A stretch of 59,672 nucleotides of DNA from a virus, in the IMG/VR virus record IMGVR_UViG_3300024999_000014, positions 1-59,672 of that record. One strand, written 5' to 3'. Positions 33,291 to 42,387 of this stretch are shown here, one piece after another. The position numbers and the translations under genes are program-made. Below the pieces are notes generated by a model, which saw only the letters and a list, made by a program, of their open reading frames with translations, was not told the DNA's origin and did not search any database. The stretch's first letter is position 1. Every line of letters begins with the position of its first letter.

Positions 33291-35744
33291 ATGAAACTAG
33301 GTAGTTTATTCGGAGCAACTAAGACGCTGGCTAAGGCCCCTAAACCAGCGCCCGCTTCCGAACCTACAAACGTAGTATCTTCACAAATCAAACAGCTTAT
33401 ACACAAGCCAGGGGAATTTAATATTAAATGGCCGAAGGTAGCGCCCCAGCAGGTAAAGGACTACCAGGCCATAACAACCCTAAACGAGCTGGAAGCCTAC
33501 TGTAAACGCTGCCAGGAAACAGGCCTAGCGGGGTACGACATTGAAACCGCGGCCAGCGAAAATACCAGGACAGAGTACGCCGCATTAAGCCCGGAAGAAC
33601 AGGAAGCTAAGCGGGAAGCGTACCTTAAGACGCCGCTAGACCCGTGGAAAGGCGAAGTATGTACGTTTAGCTTGGCAGCAGCCCCACACGAAGCGCGGGC
33701 CGTCTTCCTAAGCCACAAGAAGGGCGCCCGCTTATTCGAACCCCAGCGCAGCCGTAGCGAAGCCCGTAGGTTAGCCCTGGACATTGTAGACCGCCTAATA
33801 TTCCGTAACCGCATGGTAATTAAGATAGCCTGGAATCTAAGCTTTGAAACAAAGTACGCGGCTAAGTATGCTAAGTACATTCTAACCCCAGTATCAGACC
33901 CCCAGGTAAGCAGCGTACGCTGTATGCAGATAGTTCTACCGCAAAAGATAGCCGACCCTAAACGCCCGGTAAGCGGTAAAGGTTTAAAGCCCCAAACTAT
34001 GGCGATATTCGGTGTACAAATGGGAAGCTTTAAGGGCCTACTGGCTAAGTACGGCGTAGAATTCTTTGACGAAATTAGCTGCGACGAACAGGAAGCCCTG
34101 GTATATAGCTGCGAAGACAGCGACTACGCCCTGCAGCAGCACCTGTACTGGATAGAGGTAGCCAAACAGATACCGAAGTACGAAGAGTGGCTTACTGTGT
34201 ACGAAATGCCCTTTGCCCGTGTTATCGGCCTTATGGAGTACTGGGGCATGGGCTGGGACGAAAACCTAGCCCGCGTAAAAGGCGAAGAAGCCGTAACCAT
34301 GCAGGAGCAGGCCGCCGAACGTATTAGGAAAATAGCTATGGATACGTTCGGTATCGAAGTCAATACGGGGAAATCCGGGAAGACGAACGAAATAAAAAGT
34401 CTGGTATTCGACTACTTTAAGCTGGTACCCGCGAAGTGGAGCAAGAAGGTAAAAGGCGCTGTATCAATGGACGAAGAAGCCATTATAGATATGCGCTTTA
34501 TGCTAGAAAACAAGCTGGAAGACCTTAAGGAAGAAAAGTACCTAGCTGTAGAATTGCCGGAAGATTGGGAAAGCCGCGACCCGGATACCGACCCACGATT
34601 AAGCAAAGACGAGCGCCAGGCGATACGTATACGGCGTAGGGAACCGCACCCGCATAAGGACGCGGCCTTACAGCTGCTGGACGAATTACAGAATATCCAG
34701 CGCTACAGTACACTGCTATCAAGCCACATTAGGGGCCGGGAAAAGTACCTTAATTCGGAAAGCGGAAGAATACACGCGAACTATACGCCCTGGACGGAAA
34801 CCGCCCGGCTGAATTCGAACAGTCCTAACGGTCAGAACGTACCCCGTATGGATAACGACGACTTTGGTATACGTAATTTCTATGTACCTGGTGTAGGTAA
34901 AATCCTGTACTTTATCGACTTTAGTGGCTTCGAGCTTCGCCTAATGGCGTGGCGTAGCGGCGACGAAGTTATGATAGAGATATTCAAAACAGGGGGCGAC
35001 ATACACCGCCGTACTGCTTCCGTCGGAACGGGTAAGCCGGAAGCCGAAATAACGAAGAAGGAGCGCCAGGACGCTAAGCCAGCTAACTTCGGCATAGCCT
35101 ACGGCGGTACAGAACATGCGCTGCAGAAGACCTTTAAAACGGAATACCTAATCCGTAAGACCTTAGACGAATGTTTAAAGCTGGTAAACGCCGTTAAGGG
35201 CGCCTATAAACGTATCCCTGAATTCCAGCGCGGTATAGCATTAGACGCCAGGGAAAAGGGCTGGGTACAGACTATTTACGGGTATATCCGGCTGCTGCCT
35301 AACATTAACAGCCCGAACAGCTTCGAACGCGGGAAGGATGAACGACGGGCCGCTAATACGCCTATTCAGGGTGGGGCTGCCGACGTTATGAAAAAATGCC
35401 AGAACCAAGTTTACGAGGAAATAGGGCGCGGTACGGCCCTTAACTACGACGCGGAAGCCTTGGGCCTTACAGCTGGGGAACTGGCCGCCCACCGTGGCGA
35501 AGACGTGCCGATACTATCCCATGGACACACGGACATGATAGCCCAAATTCACGACGAAATTATTTTCGAAATGGACGACGACACGGACGTAGTAGCATTA
35601 GCTGGCGCCTGGGTTAAAGCTATGATGGAGCAGCCGCCTTTGCCGAACTTTCCGTTACCGATTGAAGCGGAAGACAGTGTAGGGTACAAGTGGGGAGCGA
35701 AGCAAAGCGTAAAATCCTGGCTAGCCGAAAAGCTTACGGCGTAA
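33291..35744 (+). CDS. family A DNA polymerase with 3'-5' exonuclease domain
   Basis: YDIETA (ExoI), DFSGFELRLMA (motif A), RQDAKPANFGIAYG (motif B), QIHDEIIFE (motif C). Confidence 0.9.
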   Translation: MKLGSLFGATKTLAKAPKPAPASEPTNVVSSQIKQLIHKPGEFNIKWPKVAPQQVKDYQAITTLNELEAYCKRCQETGLAGYDIETAASENTRTEYAALSPEEQEAKREAYLKTPLDPWKGEVCTFSLAAAPHEARAVFLSHKKGARLFEPQRSRSEARRLALDIVDRLIFRNRMVIKIAWNLSFETKYAAKYAKYILTPVSDPQVSSVRCMQIVLPQKIADPKRPVSGKGLKPQTMAIFGVQMGSFKGLLAKYGVEFFDEISCDEQEALVYSCEDSDYALQQHLYWIEVAKQIPKYEEWLTVYEMPFARVIGLMEYWGMGWDENLARVKGEEAVTMQEQAAERIRKIAMDTFGIEVNTGKSGKTNEIKSLVFDYFKLVPAKWSKKVKGAVSMDEEAIIDMRFMLENKLEDLKEEKYLAVELPEDWESRDPDTDPRLSKDERQAIRIRRREPHPHKDAALQLLDELQNIQRYSTLLSSHIRGREKYLNSESGRIHANYTPWTETARLNSNSPNGQNVPRMDNDDFGIRNFYVPGVGKILYFIDFSGFELRLMAWRSGDEVMIEIFKTGGDIHRRTASVGTGKPEAEITKKERQDAKPANFGIAYGGTEHALQKTFKTEYLIRKTLDECLKLVNAVKGAYKRIPEFQRGIALDAREKGWVQTIYGYIRLLPNINSPNSFERGKDERRAANTPIQGGAADVMKKCQNQVYEEIGRGTALNYDAEALGLTAGELAAHRGEDVPILSHGHTDMIAQIHDEIIFEMDDDTDVVALAGAWVKAMMEQPPLPNFPLPIEAEDSVGYKWGAKQSVKSWLAEKLTA

Positions 35745-35747
35745 AAA

Positions 35748-35810
35748 CATAGTAGTATAGAAATAAGGATATGTAAAAGTCTTGAATTCTATACTACTAT
35801 GCTATATACT
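35748..35810 (+). promoter_or_regulatory. early-type promoter with 12-bp dyad (copy 4)
   Basis: catagtagtata(35748-35759)...TTGAAT(35782-35787)...tatactactatg(35790-35801). -10 TATACT 35805-35810, 17-nt spacer. Confidence 0.65.
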
Positions 35811-35841
35811 ACGAAATAAGAACTGGGAAGGGGTGAAAAAT

Positions 35842-36120
35842 TTGATAAACGAGGTAGACCCTAAAATTTTAGCCTTAAACATGGCGCTAAACGGGGAAAG
35901 CCGGATTAAGTTCTACTTGCTGGAAGAAATGGCCGAACTTCAAAAGGAGATCATAAAAGACTTACGGGATAAGGGTAGTCAAGTAAACATACTAGGAGAA
36001 ATGGCCGACGTTTATTACACGCTGTCACTAGCTAAACGCTACTACGGTATCACTGACCAGGAAATAAACGCAGTAATAGCCACAAAAGAAGCCCGCGCTA
36101 TGGCAGAAATGACTAGCTAA
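35842..36120 (+). CDS. MazG-like nucleotide pyrophosphohydrolase (candidate)
   Basis: LLEEMAELQKEI...GEMADVYY acidic pairs. TTG 35842 after SD ggaagggg. The ORF-track start at 35782 is the -35 box. Confidence 0.45.
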   Translation: MINEVDPKILALNMALNGESRIKFYLLEEMAELQKEIIKDLRDKGSQVNILGEMADVYYTLSLAKRYYGITDQEINAVIATKEARAMAEMTS

Positions 36121-36134
36121 GCGAAAGGGGGAAA

Positions 36135-36611
36135 ATGATGGGGAAACAGTACCTTAACCGAGAAGAGAAAAACCAAGCTTTGACCTTGGCGGCGTTTATC
36201 GGGTACCTAGATGAAAAAGCGGAGGAATGGGCGAAACGTAGTAGGGACAAGCTGGCTATAAAGTACCTACGCATGGCGAAAAGCTTCGCAGGTAAAGCCC
36301 TAGACTACCTTTTCGACGGATTAGACCCTACGGAGCGCGGGAGGGTAGTCGTCGAACTTCGTAAAATGGATATAGTTTGTAAGTACAAGGACGAAGCCAT
36401 ACGGGACTATAAGCGCACGCTGGAACTGGACAGTGTAACCCCGGTAAAGACGGATGACTTAATGGAGATATGCAGCCAGGCGCTGGGCATATGCAGTATA
36501 TGCAAGGACACAGACCCGGACAGCTGTAGGCTTCAAAAACTCTTTATAACCTACGATATTCCTGTATACGATGAAGACCCGCTACCGGGCCGTTGCCCGT
36601 ACAAAGTTTAA
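36135..36611 (+). CDS. hypothetical protein (C-terminal Cys cluster)
   Basis: 158 aa with SD aaaggggg. Confidence 0.5.
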   Translation: MMGKQYLNREEKNQALTLAAFIGYLDEKAEEWAKRSRDKLAIKYLRMAKSFAGKALDYLFDGLDPTERGRVVVELRKMDIVCKYKDEAIRDYKRTLELDSVTPVKTDDLMEICSQALGICSICKDTDPDSCRLQKLFITYDIPVYDEDPLPGRCPYKV

Positions 36612-36625
36612 AGGAGGGCGATAGC

Positions 36626-36742
36626 ATGGAAGACGAAGAACAAGATCAAATAGGCGCCTTCCGGGGCTGCGTGATATGGTTTTTCCCAGCACTTGCCGTA
36701 TGGGGCCTGCTGCTATGGATTATTAAGGAGCTGGTAACGTGA
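36626..36742 (+). CDS. 38-aa membrane peptide
   Basis: SD aaggaggg. Encodes MEDEEQDQIGAFRGCVIWFFPALAVWGLLLWIIKELVT. Confidence 0.45.
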   Translation: MEDEEQDQIGAFRGCVIWFFPALAVWGLLLWIIKELVT

Positions 36743-37371
36743 CAGACATGGTAAAACGCTTAAAACTACGTAGGGCTTATGGACGTATACAGGAAATACT
36801 AGACCAGGAAGGCGTATACTTTAAAACATTCGACGCGGTACCGGGTACTTATCTTACCGTCAATGGCGGCGGGCCTAGTATCAGTATGAAAGAATTAAGT
36901 CTACTACAGCCATACGACCGCACTAGGCCGCCCATGGACTGGGACGCGTTTCTAGCCGAAGCTGTAGACATACTGGTAGCTAAGAACAGGGACTTTAAAA
37001 GCGCCTTCGTTAAAATCCTGTTAAACGTGGACTTTGACCCGGTTACGATATGGAAATGGGAGGTCAAGAAGAAGCTAGACCGTATTCGTACCTGGGCAGA
37101 AACGGGCAGCCTGGCAGTAAAAGGGGAGGGCGTGAAAGACTCAGTACTAGACCTTTTCGGCTATACCGTGCTGTACTTTATTTACAAGGAGTACCACCAG
37201 CTGAACTTAGACCCGCTGCCACAGCTACACGAACGGACTTTCTACAGCATGGCCGCCCGTTACAGCGCTAGGGAATGGCTACTGTATCTAACGAACGTAG
37301 GCCTAATAGACCGATCAGAATACGAGCTAGTTTCCATTATCTTTAAGTACATGGGGGTATCGAGTGAGTAG
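36739..37371 (+). CDS. hypothetical protein (DUF1599-like C-terminal half)
   Basis: KNRDFKSAF...KLDRI...DSVLDLFGY pattern. Confidence 0.45.
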   Translation: MTDMVKRLKLRRAYGRIQEILDQEGVYFKTFDAVPGTYLTVNGGGPSISMKELSLLQPYDRTRPPMDWDAFLAEAVDILVAKNRDFKSAFVKILLNVDFDPVTIWKWEVKKKLDRIRTWAETGSLAVKGEGVKDSVLDLFGYTVLYFIYKEYHQLNLDPLPQLHERTFYSMAARYSAREWLLYLTNVGLIDRSEYELVSIIFKYMGVSSE

Positions 37372-38152
37372 AAAAACGCTAGCAGGCCCGGCTTTAATTA
37401 TACTAGCCGTTACCCTGCTAGCCATAGGGGGGCCTTCGTATGTCGCGTGGACAAGTACGAAAGGGCTACCTTCGCAGACAGAAGGACAGACAACTAGAGC
37501 GGGAGAAGGGGGCCAAACGCAAGCAGAAAAAGCGGGAGGTAGTGACAATGGGGAAAGCTACGGAAGGGTACAAAGCGGCCCGGTTAAGTCACTTGCAGGA
37601 GCTGCAGAACGAACTAGCGGCAAAGACGGAGGACTTACGGGTAGCCGAATTTTCACTAGAGCGCTACAAGAAGGCCTGGCACGCGGAAAAAGAAGTAAGC
37701 CTATCGTTAACGACCTGGAAGGACAGCTTAACGGAGCAAGTAGCCAGCCTGCAGAAGTACGTACGGCGTCTACGGATAGCCATAGGAGCGTTAGCCGGGG
37801 CGCTGATACTGACCGCCGTAGCCTGGGTAGCTTTCTAATTACGGCGTATACGGCGGGTAAAGAATCGACCGGAAAAAGCCCCGGCGACGAAGCTTACGGC
37901 GTAACCGCTACGGGAACTACGGCGGTAGAAGGCCGCACGATAAGCGCCGACTGGAACGTACTACCGCCTGGTACTAAGGTAGCCATAGAAGGTCTGCCGG
38001 GTTACTACGTCGTAGAGGACAGGAGCGAAAAACGGGAAAAAGGCGGTAAGATCATAGGTAAACATATCGACTTATTTATACCAGACCTACAGGCGGCCTT
38101 AGAGTGGGGCCGCCAATACCGGAACGTAACCGTATTAGAATGGGGGCAGTAA
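37364..38152 (+). CDS. membrane-anchored 3D-domain cell-wall hydrolase-like protein
   Basis: N-terminal TM (LAGPALIILAVTLLAIGG), a low-complexity linker, and a C-terminal 3D domain (FLITAYTAG...GTTAVEGRTISADWNVLPPGTKV...VVEDRS...IDLFIP). Confidence 0.65.
   Translation: MSRKTLAGPALIILAVTLLAIGGPSYVAWTSTKGLPSQTEGQTTRAGEGGQTQAEKAGGSDNGESYGRVQSGPVKSLAGAAERTSGKDGGLTGSRIFTRALQEGLARGKRSKPIVNDLEGQLNGASSQPAEVRTASTDSHRSVSRGADTDRRSLGSFLITAYTAGKESTGKSPGDEAYGVTATGTTAVEGRTISADWNVLPPGTKVAIEGLPGYYVVEDRSEKREKGGKIIGKHIDLFIPDLQAALEWGRQYRNVTVLEWGQ
37548..37838 (+). CDS. embedded +1-frame ORF: coiled-coil tail-anchored membrane protein (candidate overprinted gene)
   Basis: SD gcgggagg 8 nt before ATG 37548. 96 aa, heptad-rich, with C-terminal TM IAIGALAGALILTAVAWVAF. 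Lies inside the linker of 37364..38152. Confidence 0.45.
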   Translation: MGKATEGYKAARLSHLQELQNELAAKTEDLRVAEFSLERYKKAWHAEKEVSLSLTTWKDSLTEQVASLQKYVRRLRIAIGALAGALILTAVAWVAF

Positions 38153-38153
38153 A

Positions 38154-38525
38154 TTGAAACCGATATTAACGGACACGTCTAACCTGGTACTAAAGGGGCC
38201 AAAGGGAAGCGACGTAATGGACTTACCCGTAACACTGATAACCTACGGCGACGGACAGAAAGGAGTAGAAAGCTGCTGGCAGCTAAGCCCCGAAGAACTG
38301 GAGGAAGTAAAGCGCACAGGTAACATTTACTTTATCTGTATGGCGCCTACGCACCCGCCCATATGCTTAAGCCCCTACAGCTCATTAACGGGGAAGGCCG
38401 ACGGACAGTATGATACGGGAGTAAACCCAGTAACCTTATGCGGGAAGAACCCAGGCCCGGAGTGTAAAACGTGTACAGTATACGCGTGCCCTAACTACAA
38501 CTGGTACAAGGAGGGGACAACATGA
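38154..38525 (+). CDS. hypothetical protein
   Basis: 123 aa, TTG start. Confidence 0.5.
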   Translation: MKPILTDTSNLVLKGPKGSDVMDLPVTLITYGDGQKGVESCWQLSPEELEEVKRTGNIYFICMAPTHPPICLSPYSSLTGKADGQYDTGVNPVTLCGKNPGPECKTCTVYACPNYNWYKEGTT

Positions 38526-38743
38526 ACCAAAGACAACGAAACAAGCGCAAGAAAGCCGCCGCACTAAACGCCCCGGCTAAGCCCAGCCTACAGGAAGCCT
38601 GGGACGTAGTAGCCGAAGCCTGCGCTACTACGGGCGGTATTACGTTCTTTGTTAATCCGGATTGGGATACCGACAGTACCCGCTTAGCGCTGTATGACAT
38701 GGGGAAATTTAAGTTAATAAGTAAGCCAGTAAGGGAGGTTTAG
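38522..38743 (+). CDS. hypothetical protein
   Basis: 73 aa, ATGA coupling. Confidence 0.5.
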   Translation: MNQRQRNKRKKAAALNAPAKPSLQEAWDVVAEACATTGGITFFVNPDWDTDSTRLALYDMGKFKLISKPVREV

Positions 38744-38747
38744 CGTA

Positions 38748-38897
38748 TTGGAGAAGCCAGAAAACCTTAGCGAACAGGACGTAGACCGCCTGGCTAACCT
38801 ATTCCTAGAATCGAGATTACATGAGGACTACGGCGTAACCTTCGAAGCGTACCTAACCGCCGTAGCGCCAGTTATAGCCCACGTAAGGGGGCGGTAA
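38748..38897 (+). CDS. hypothetical small protein (49 aa)
   Basis: TTG after SD agggagg. Fills the gap in the ORF track. Confidence 0.4.
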   Translation: MEKPENLSEQDVDRLANLFLESRLHEDYGVTFEAYLTAVAPVIAHVRGR

Positions 38898-38898
38898 A

Positions 38899-39069
38899 TT
38901 GGACGCAGAACAGCATAACGCCTATGTTCGTAGCTTCCGACGTAGGGGTAAGGTAACCGTGCAGGAAGACGACGCCCAGGACTTTAAAGACTGGCTGGAT
39001 AACCTTAAGGTAGCCTATTACACGACGGAAAAGGAAGGCGTCGTAATATTCACGAAGGAAGGGAAGTAA
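38899..39069 (+). CDS. hypothetical small protein (56 aa)
   Basis: TTG after SD aaggggg. Confidence 0.4.
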   Translation: MDAEQHNAYVRSFRRRGKVTVQEDDAQDFKDWLDNLKVAYYTTEKEGVVIFTKEGK

Positions 39070-39074
39070 GGCCC

Positions 39075-39734
39075 ATGGACATTAAAGTAGAGGTACAAAC
39101 CGAATACGAACGCTTTATTATTACCATACCGAACGTACCCGAAAACCTAACGCCTGGGCAGCTAGCCGGGCAAACTGTAGAGAATGTTCTAACCGCCGTA
39201 GCAGACGGTAAGACCGTATTCCAGGGGGCCGACGCACGCGAAGGGCAGCTTATTTTCATTAACGGCGGCCCTACAGCTGTAAAGCATGTCGTCCTATTGG
39301 GAGCGGTACCCCAGGCCCCAGCTGTAGAGGACGCATCCCCGGAAGGCTGGGAAGAAGGCCCACATTCGTTTGTTATGACTTCGAACTTCGCCAGTCAAAC
39401 CGTAGTAATAAAGGGCCTGGCGTACAACTACCTGAATCCTACCAACCAAGGGTCGCCGCAGGAATGCGTATATGTGCCTATATCGGTAAACGACAGGCCA
39501 GCCCTTGACGCCCTGGGACTAGAAAACTTACGTAACCTTATGTTCAATTACCTAAAGGACAGAACGGAGCCGCACGTCATACTAATACCGCCGGGCGTCA
39601 TAACCTGGGAGCAGGCCGTCGAATATGCCGCCGACTGGGTTACCGAGGAATTGCATAATACGCCGTACGTAGCCAAAGAAAAGACCGCGAAAGCCTGGTA
39701 CGGGCATAGCCGTAGCGGTATAGCGGAGGAATAG
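39075..39734 (+). CDS. hypothetical protein
   Basis: 219 aa with SD gaaggaaggg. Confidence 0.55.
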   Translation: MDIKVEVQTEYERFIITIPNVPENLTPGQLAGQTVENVLTAVADGKTVFQGADAREGQLIFINGGPTAVKHVVLLGAVPQAPAVEDASPEGWEEGPHSFVMTSNFASQTVVIKGLAYNYLNPTNQGSPQECVYVPISVNDRPALDALGLENLRNLMFNYLKDRTEPHVILIPPGVITWEQAVEYAADWVTEELHNTPYVAKEKTAKAWYGHSRSGIAEE

Positions 39735-39737
39735 CCT

Positions 39738-39878
39738 ATGTGCTATACGGCTGGGGAATGTAAATACGAGGTAGGGGGCGCCTATTGCGGCGTTCCTAAT
39801 CCAGGCATTAAACCGGACGACGCCGTATGTATGCGGGAAAGTGTAAAACATGCCCGGAGATTAGAAAAGATGGGGTAA
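39738..39878 (+). CDS. Cys-rich small protein (46 aa) abutting the IS
   Basis: Encodes MCYTAGECKYEVGGAYCGVP.... Its TAA stop (39876-39878) is immediately followed by the IS left inverted repeat. Confidence 0.4.
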   Translation: MCYTAGECKYEVGGAYCGVPNPGIKPDDAVCMRESVKHARRLEKMG

Positions 39879-39897
39879 TCGGAAAAGTGTGTTGAAA

Positions 39898-41196
39898 TCA
39901 GTCAGCTTTGTGTAAACGAGAAACTCTTCCCTTGGATTGAACATAGAACTCAGGAATCATTCCAATGGGTAGTTCGATTAGACTCAAACTCTTATCAATT
40001 CCCTTTGGTGGCTTAACAGACTGAGTAATTTTCTTCTTCTTACCGAACAACATTTTAACTCTCAACACCTCGAAAGAATATCCTCTACCCATACGATTTG
40101 TAGTTCTGATTAGGTTATTAAATGACTCTGTATAAGCGTTCGTAAGGGGCATGTCAAAGTAGTTGGTTATCTCTTCTTGCCAGTTCTCAAAGGTCTTAGC
40201 TAATGGATTGAATGAGTGTGCAATATCCTCTGTGATTAACGATTTCCATTGCTGAAACTGTTCAATAGCAATCTTCTTATCACCTGACTCAAAGATAGTA
40301 TAGAACAGTTCTTTAAGGCAGTAAGCGTTGTACAGGGAAGGGTAGTGGTCAACCCAAGAGTCTAATATCTCATTCTCTCTTGCAGAAAGGGTGTGCTTAC
40401 GCCTTAGAAGGATAAAACGGTCATGTAGCAAGGTTGTCCTAGTCCTGCCTGTCAGATTGGCTCTTGTCTCCTTTCTGATGGTATCCAGAGCGTAATTAGC
40501 AAGCCTGACGATGTGGAACTTATCAACTATAACCTTGGCATGAGGTAACAGTTCGTTACAGACAATCTTATAGGGTCGCCACATATCCATTGTGACGTAC
40601 TCTACATGTCTTCTCTTAGGGAGTTTTAAGAACCAAGCGTAGACTTCTGCCTTAGTTCTTCCAGGTAACATGTCAATCAAAGAATTGTTCACGATGTTCG
40701 TAATAACGCATCTAGGGGCTTTGATTATATGGATTTCATCAATACCTATCCAGTTAGGGATAACTGGCTTATAAGCCTTATTTAGCCCTCCTGCGTAGGC
40801 GTGGAAGATGTTACGGATAGTCTTCTCATGAAGTCCAATATCCTCTGCAAGACTAGTGAAAGTTTTAAGCAATGACTGTTGCTGAATGTACGTTACAAGG
40901 CGTTTGGTTGCCATATGACTATCATCCATATCAGGAAGTTCTTCACGAAAGGTAGAACCGCAATCACGACAGATATACCTTTGACGGTCAACAAAGACAC
41001 AGACACGCTTACCCCTTATAGGGATGTCCATATAGGATTGAGTCTTTTTACCGTACTTAGAGAGGTTGTGTTGCCTTACGCTACCGCATTTCTGGCAACA
41101 GATAGGTGCATCCTTCATTTCAGCCTGAATACGAAAGACGGTATCAAGTTCATTAGATTCGGTAGTGTTTAAACTCTTTAATCCTAGAATGTCCAT
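39898..41196 (-). CDS. ISL3-family DDE transposase
   Basis: N-terminal zinc finger CQKCGS...CRDCGS, GIDEIHI, VTMDMWRPY, VDKFHIVR, TNAYTESFNNLIR...GRGY. Confidence 0.9.
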   Translation of the reverse strand: MDILGLKSLNTTESNELDTVFRIQAEMKDAPICCQKCGSVRQHNLSKYGKKTQSYMDIPIRGKRVCVFVDRQRYICRDCGSTFREELPDMDDSHMATKRLVTYIQQQSLLKTFTSLAEDIGLHEKTIRNIFHAYAGGLNKAYKPVIPNWIGIDEIHIIKAPRCVITNIVNNSLIDMLPGRTKAEVYAWFLKLPKRRHVEYVTMDMWRPYKIVCNELLPHAKVIVDKFHIVRLANYALDTIRKETRANLTGRTRTTLLHDRFILLRRKHTLSARENEILDSWVDHYPSLYNAYCLKELFYTIFESGDKKIAIEQFQQWKSLITEDIAHSFNPLAKTFENWQEEITNYFDMPLTNAYTESFNNLIRTTNRMGRGYSFEVLRVKMLFGKKKKITQSVKPPKGIDKSLSLIELPIGMIPEFYVQSKGRVSRLHKAD

Positions 41197-41339
41197 AAAT
41201 CAAATCCTTTCTGGGAGGTGTTGCATGACCTATTCTGAGTAATCGTGACTATCTGAATGAGAATCGAAGAATATGAACAATAATTGAAGATTTTGAATAC
41301 GAATGTGTTTATTTGGTTGAAAACGGAGAGAGGTGTTAA

Positions 41340-41543
41340 ATGAATGGATATTTATTACCCATGTGTTTACCAATATGTCCAACTAGTGCTTCACATGGGG
41401 AGATGATTCTAAGACAACAACTAGGTCAGACTTACGAACAAAAATTCTGTGGTACATGGTATGACTGTCCAAAATGTAGTTCATCCGTCCTGTTTCAATC
41501 TAAAGAACTTCAGGAGTTCTTAAAATCTCAAAAAGGAGGATAA
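41340..41543 (+). CDS. IS passenger ORF 1, Cys-rich (zinc-ribbon-like)
   Basis: 67 aa, C..C...C..C spacing, SD ggagagagg. Confidence 0.45.
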   Translation: MNGYLLPMCLPICPTSASHGEMILRQQLGQTYEQKFCGTWYDCPKCSSSVLFQSKELQEFLKSQKGG

Positions 41544-41549
41544 GCAAAA

Positions 41550-41912
41550 GTGTATAGTCATCCAAGTTTAACCTGTCTATATGGCACTAAAATCGGTTCT
41601 AAAGCCGTTTATGAGGATGCTCAGATAGTTGCTAGGGCATTGAGAGACTGTATACCTCAAAACATACCCTTACCGTTCTCTAGTATCCTAAAAACCACTT
41701 CTTCAAAGGGTAAAAAGAAATCGATAAAAGCTGTCTTGGAAATGTTTGATGGTAAGCATGACACTATCAAAGTCTCAACATGGGGGTATTTAAATTCGTG
41801 GTCGCTTCAATGGATTCTCACAAAGGATAGTGGCAGTAGCTTTAATTGGGACGGAAACAAGTGGATAAGGATAGACGAATCGTTTTGGAGGGATGAAGAT
41901 ATTGACTTATAA
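41550..41912 (+). CDS. IS passenger ORF 2
   Basis: 120 aa, GTG start after SD aaaggagg. Confidence 0.45.
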   Translation: MYSHPSLTCLYGTKIGSKAVYEDAQIVARALRDCIPQNIPLPFSSILKTTSSKGKKKSIKAVLEMFDGKHDTIKVSTWGYLNSWSLQWILTKDSGSSFNWDGNKWIRIDESFWRDEDIDL

Positions 41913-42141
41913 ACCAACTCCAGGTTTCTTCGACCTAACCGAAAAACCTAAAGACATGACCACTAAGACACATAAAAAAATACAACAACACCAAATGATG
42001 TTGATTGCGGAATCAGAGAAATATAAAGACCCAGAAGTAAGAAAAAACAATTGGACAACCTTTGAAAAACTAAGGGAATACATGGCTCAGCTTCAATCAA
42101 TCATACTTACTCATTATCCTCATGAAATGCTCTTCAAGTAA
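41893..42141 (+). CDS. IS passenger ORF 3
   Basis: 82 aa, overlaps ORF 2. Confidence 0.4.
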   Translation: MKILTYKPTPGFFDLTEKPKDMTTKTHKKIQQHQMMLIAESEKYKDPEVRKNNWTTFEKLREYMAQLQSIILTHYPHEMLFK

Positions 42142-42166
42142 TCTCCATTCTACCATGAAAACCAAC

Positions 42167-42186
42167 ATTTCAACACAGTTATCCGA
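42167..42186. repeat. second, internal IRR-like copy
   Basis: atttcaacacagttatccga matches the terminal IRR at 16/20 positions. Confidence 0.6.
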
Positions 42187-42387
42187 TTTATTAAGGAGGA
42201 CAAAATGTGTGCAACAAATATATTTCAACACTATTTTCCGAATACCCTTAAGTAAATCGAAAGACGTAAAACTTCGTTAGGCGGCGTAAGACGTAGCTAG
42301 AGGGAGGGCAAACACTAGGGAACTACAGGTGGCTAAAACGGTTAAATACGGCCGAATATGACGTAATACGGGGAAGTGGTCACGATG

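Larger units (their letters stand above)
39879..42241 (-). mobile_element. ISL3-family insertion sequence with three passenger ORFs
   Basis: 20-bp terminal IRs tcggaaaagtgtgttgaaat (39879-39898) / atttcaacactattttccga (42222-42241), 18/20 match. AT-richer composition than the phage backbone. Confidence 0.8.

Noticed and set aside
37050-37271. Plus-strand out-of-frame ORFs inside genes: 37050-37271, 17127-17321, 15711-15947, 56471-56713 and 1118-1321.
   Set aside because: They have Arg/Gly/Pro-rich translations, no SD and no structural features. This contrasts with the embedded ORF at 37548-37838, which was kept.
39871-42249. An 8-bp target-site duplication flanking the ISL3 element.
   Set aside because: The flanks tggggtaa and ataccctt, and the neighbouring registers, are not direct repeats. 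This is reported as an anomaly rather than as a feature.
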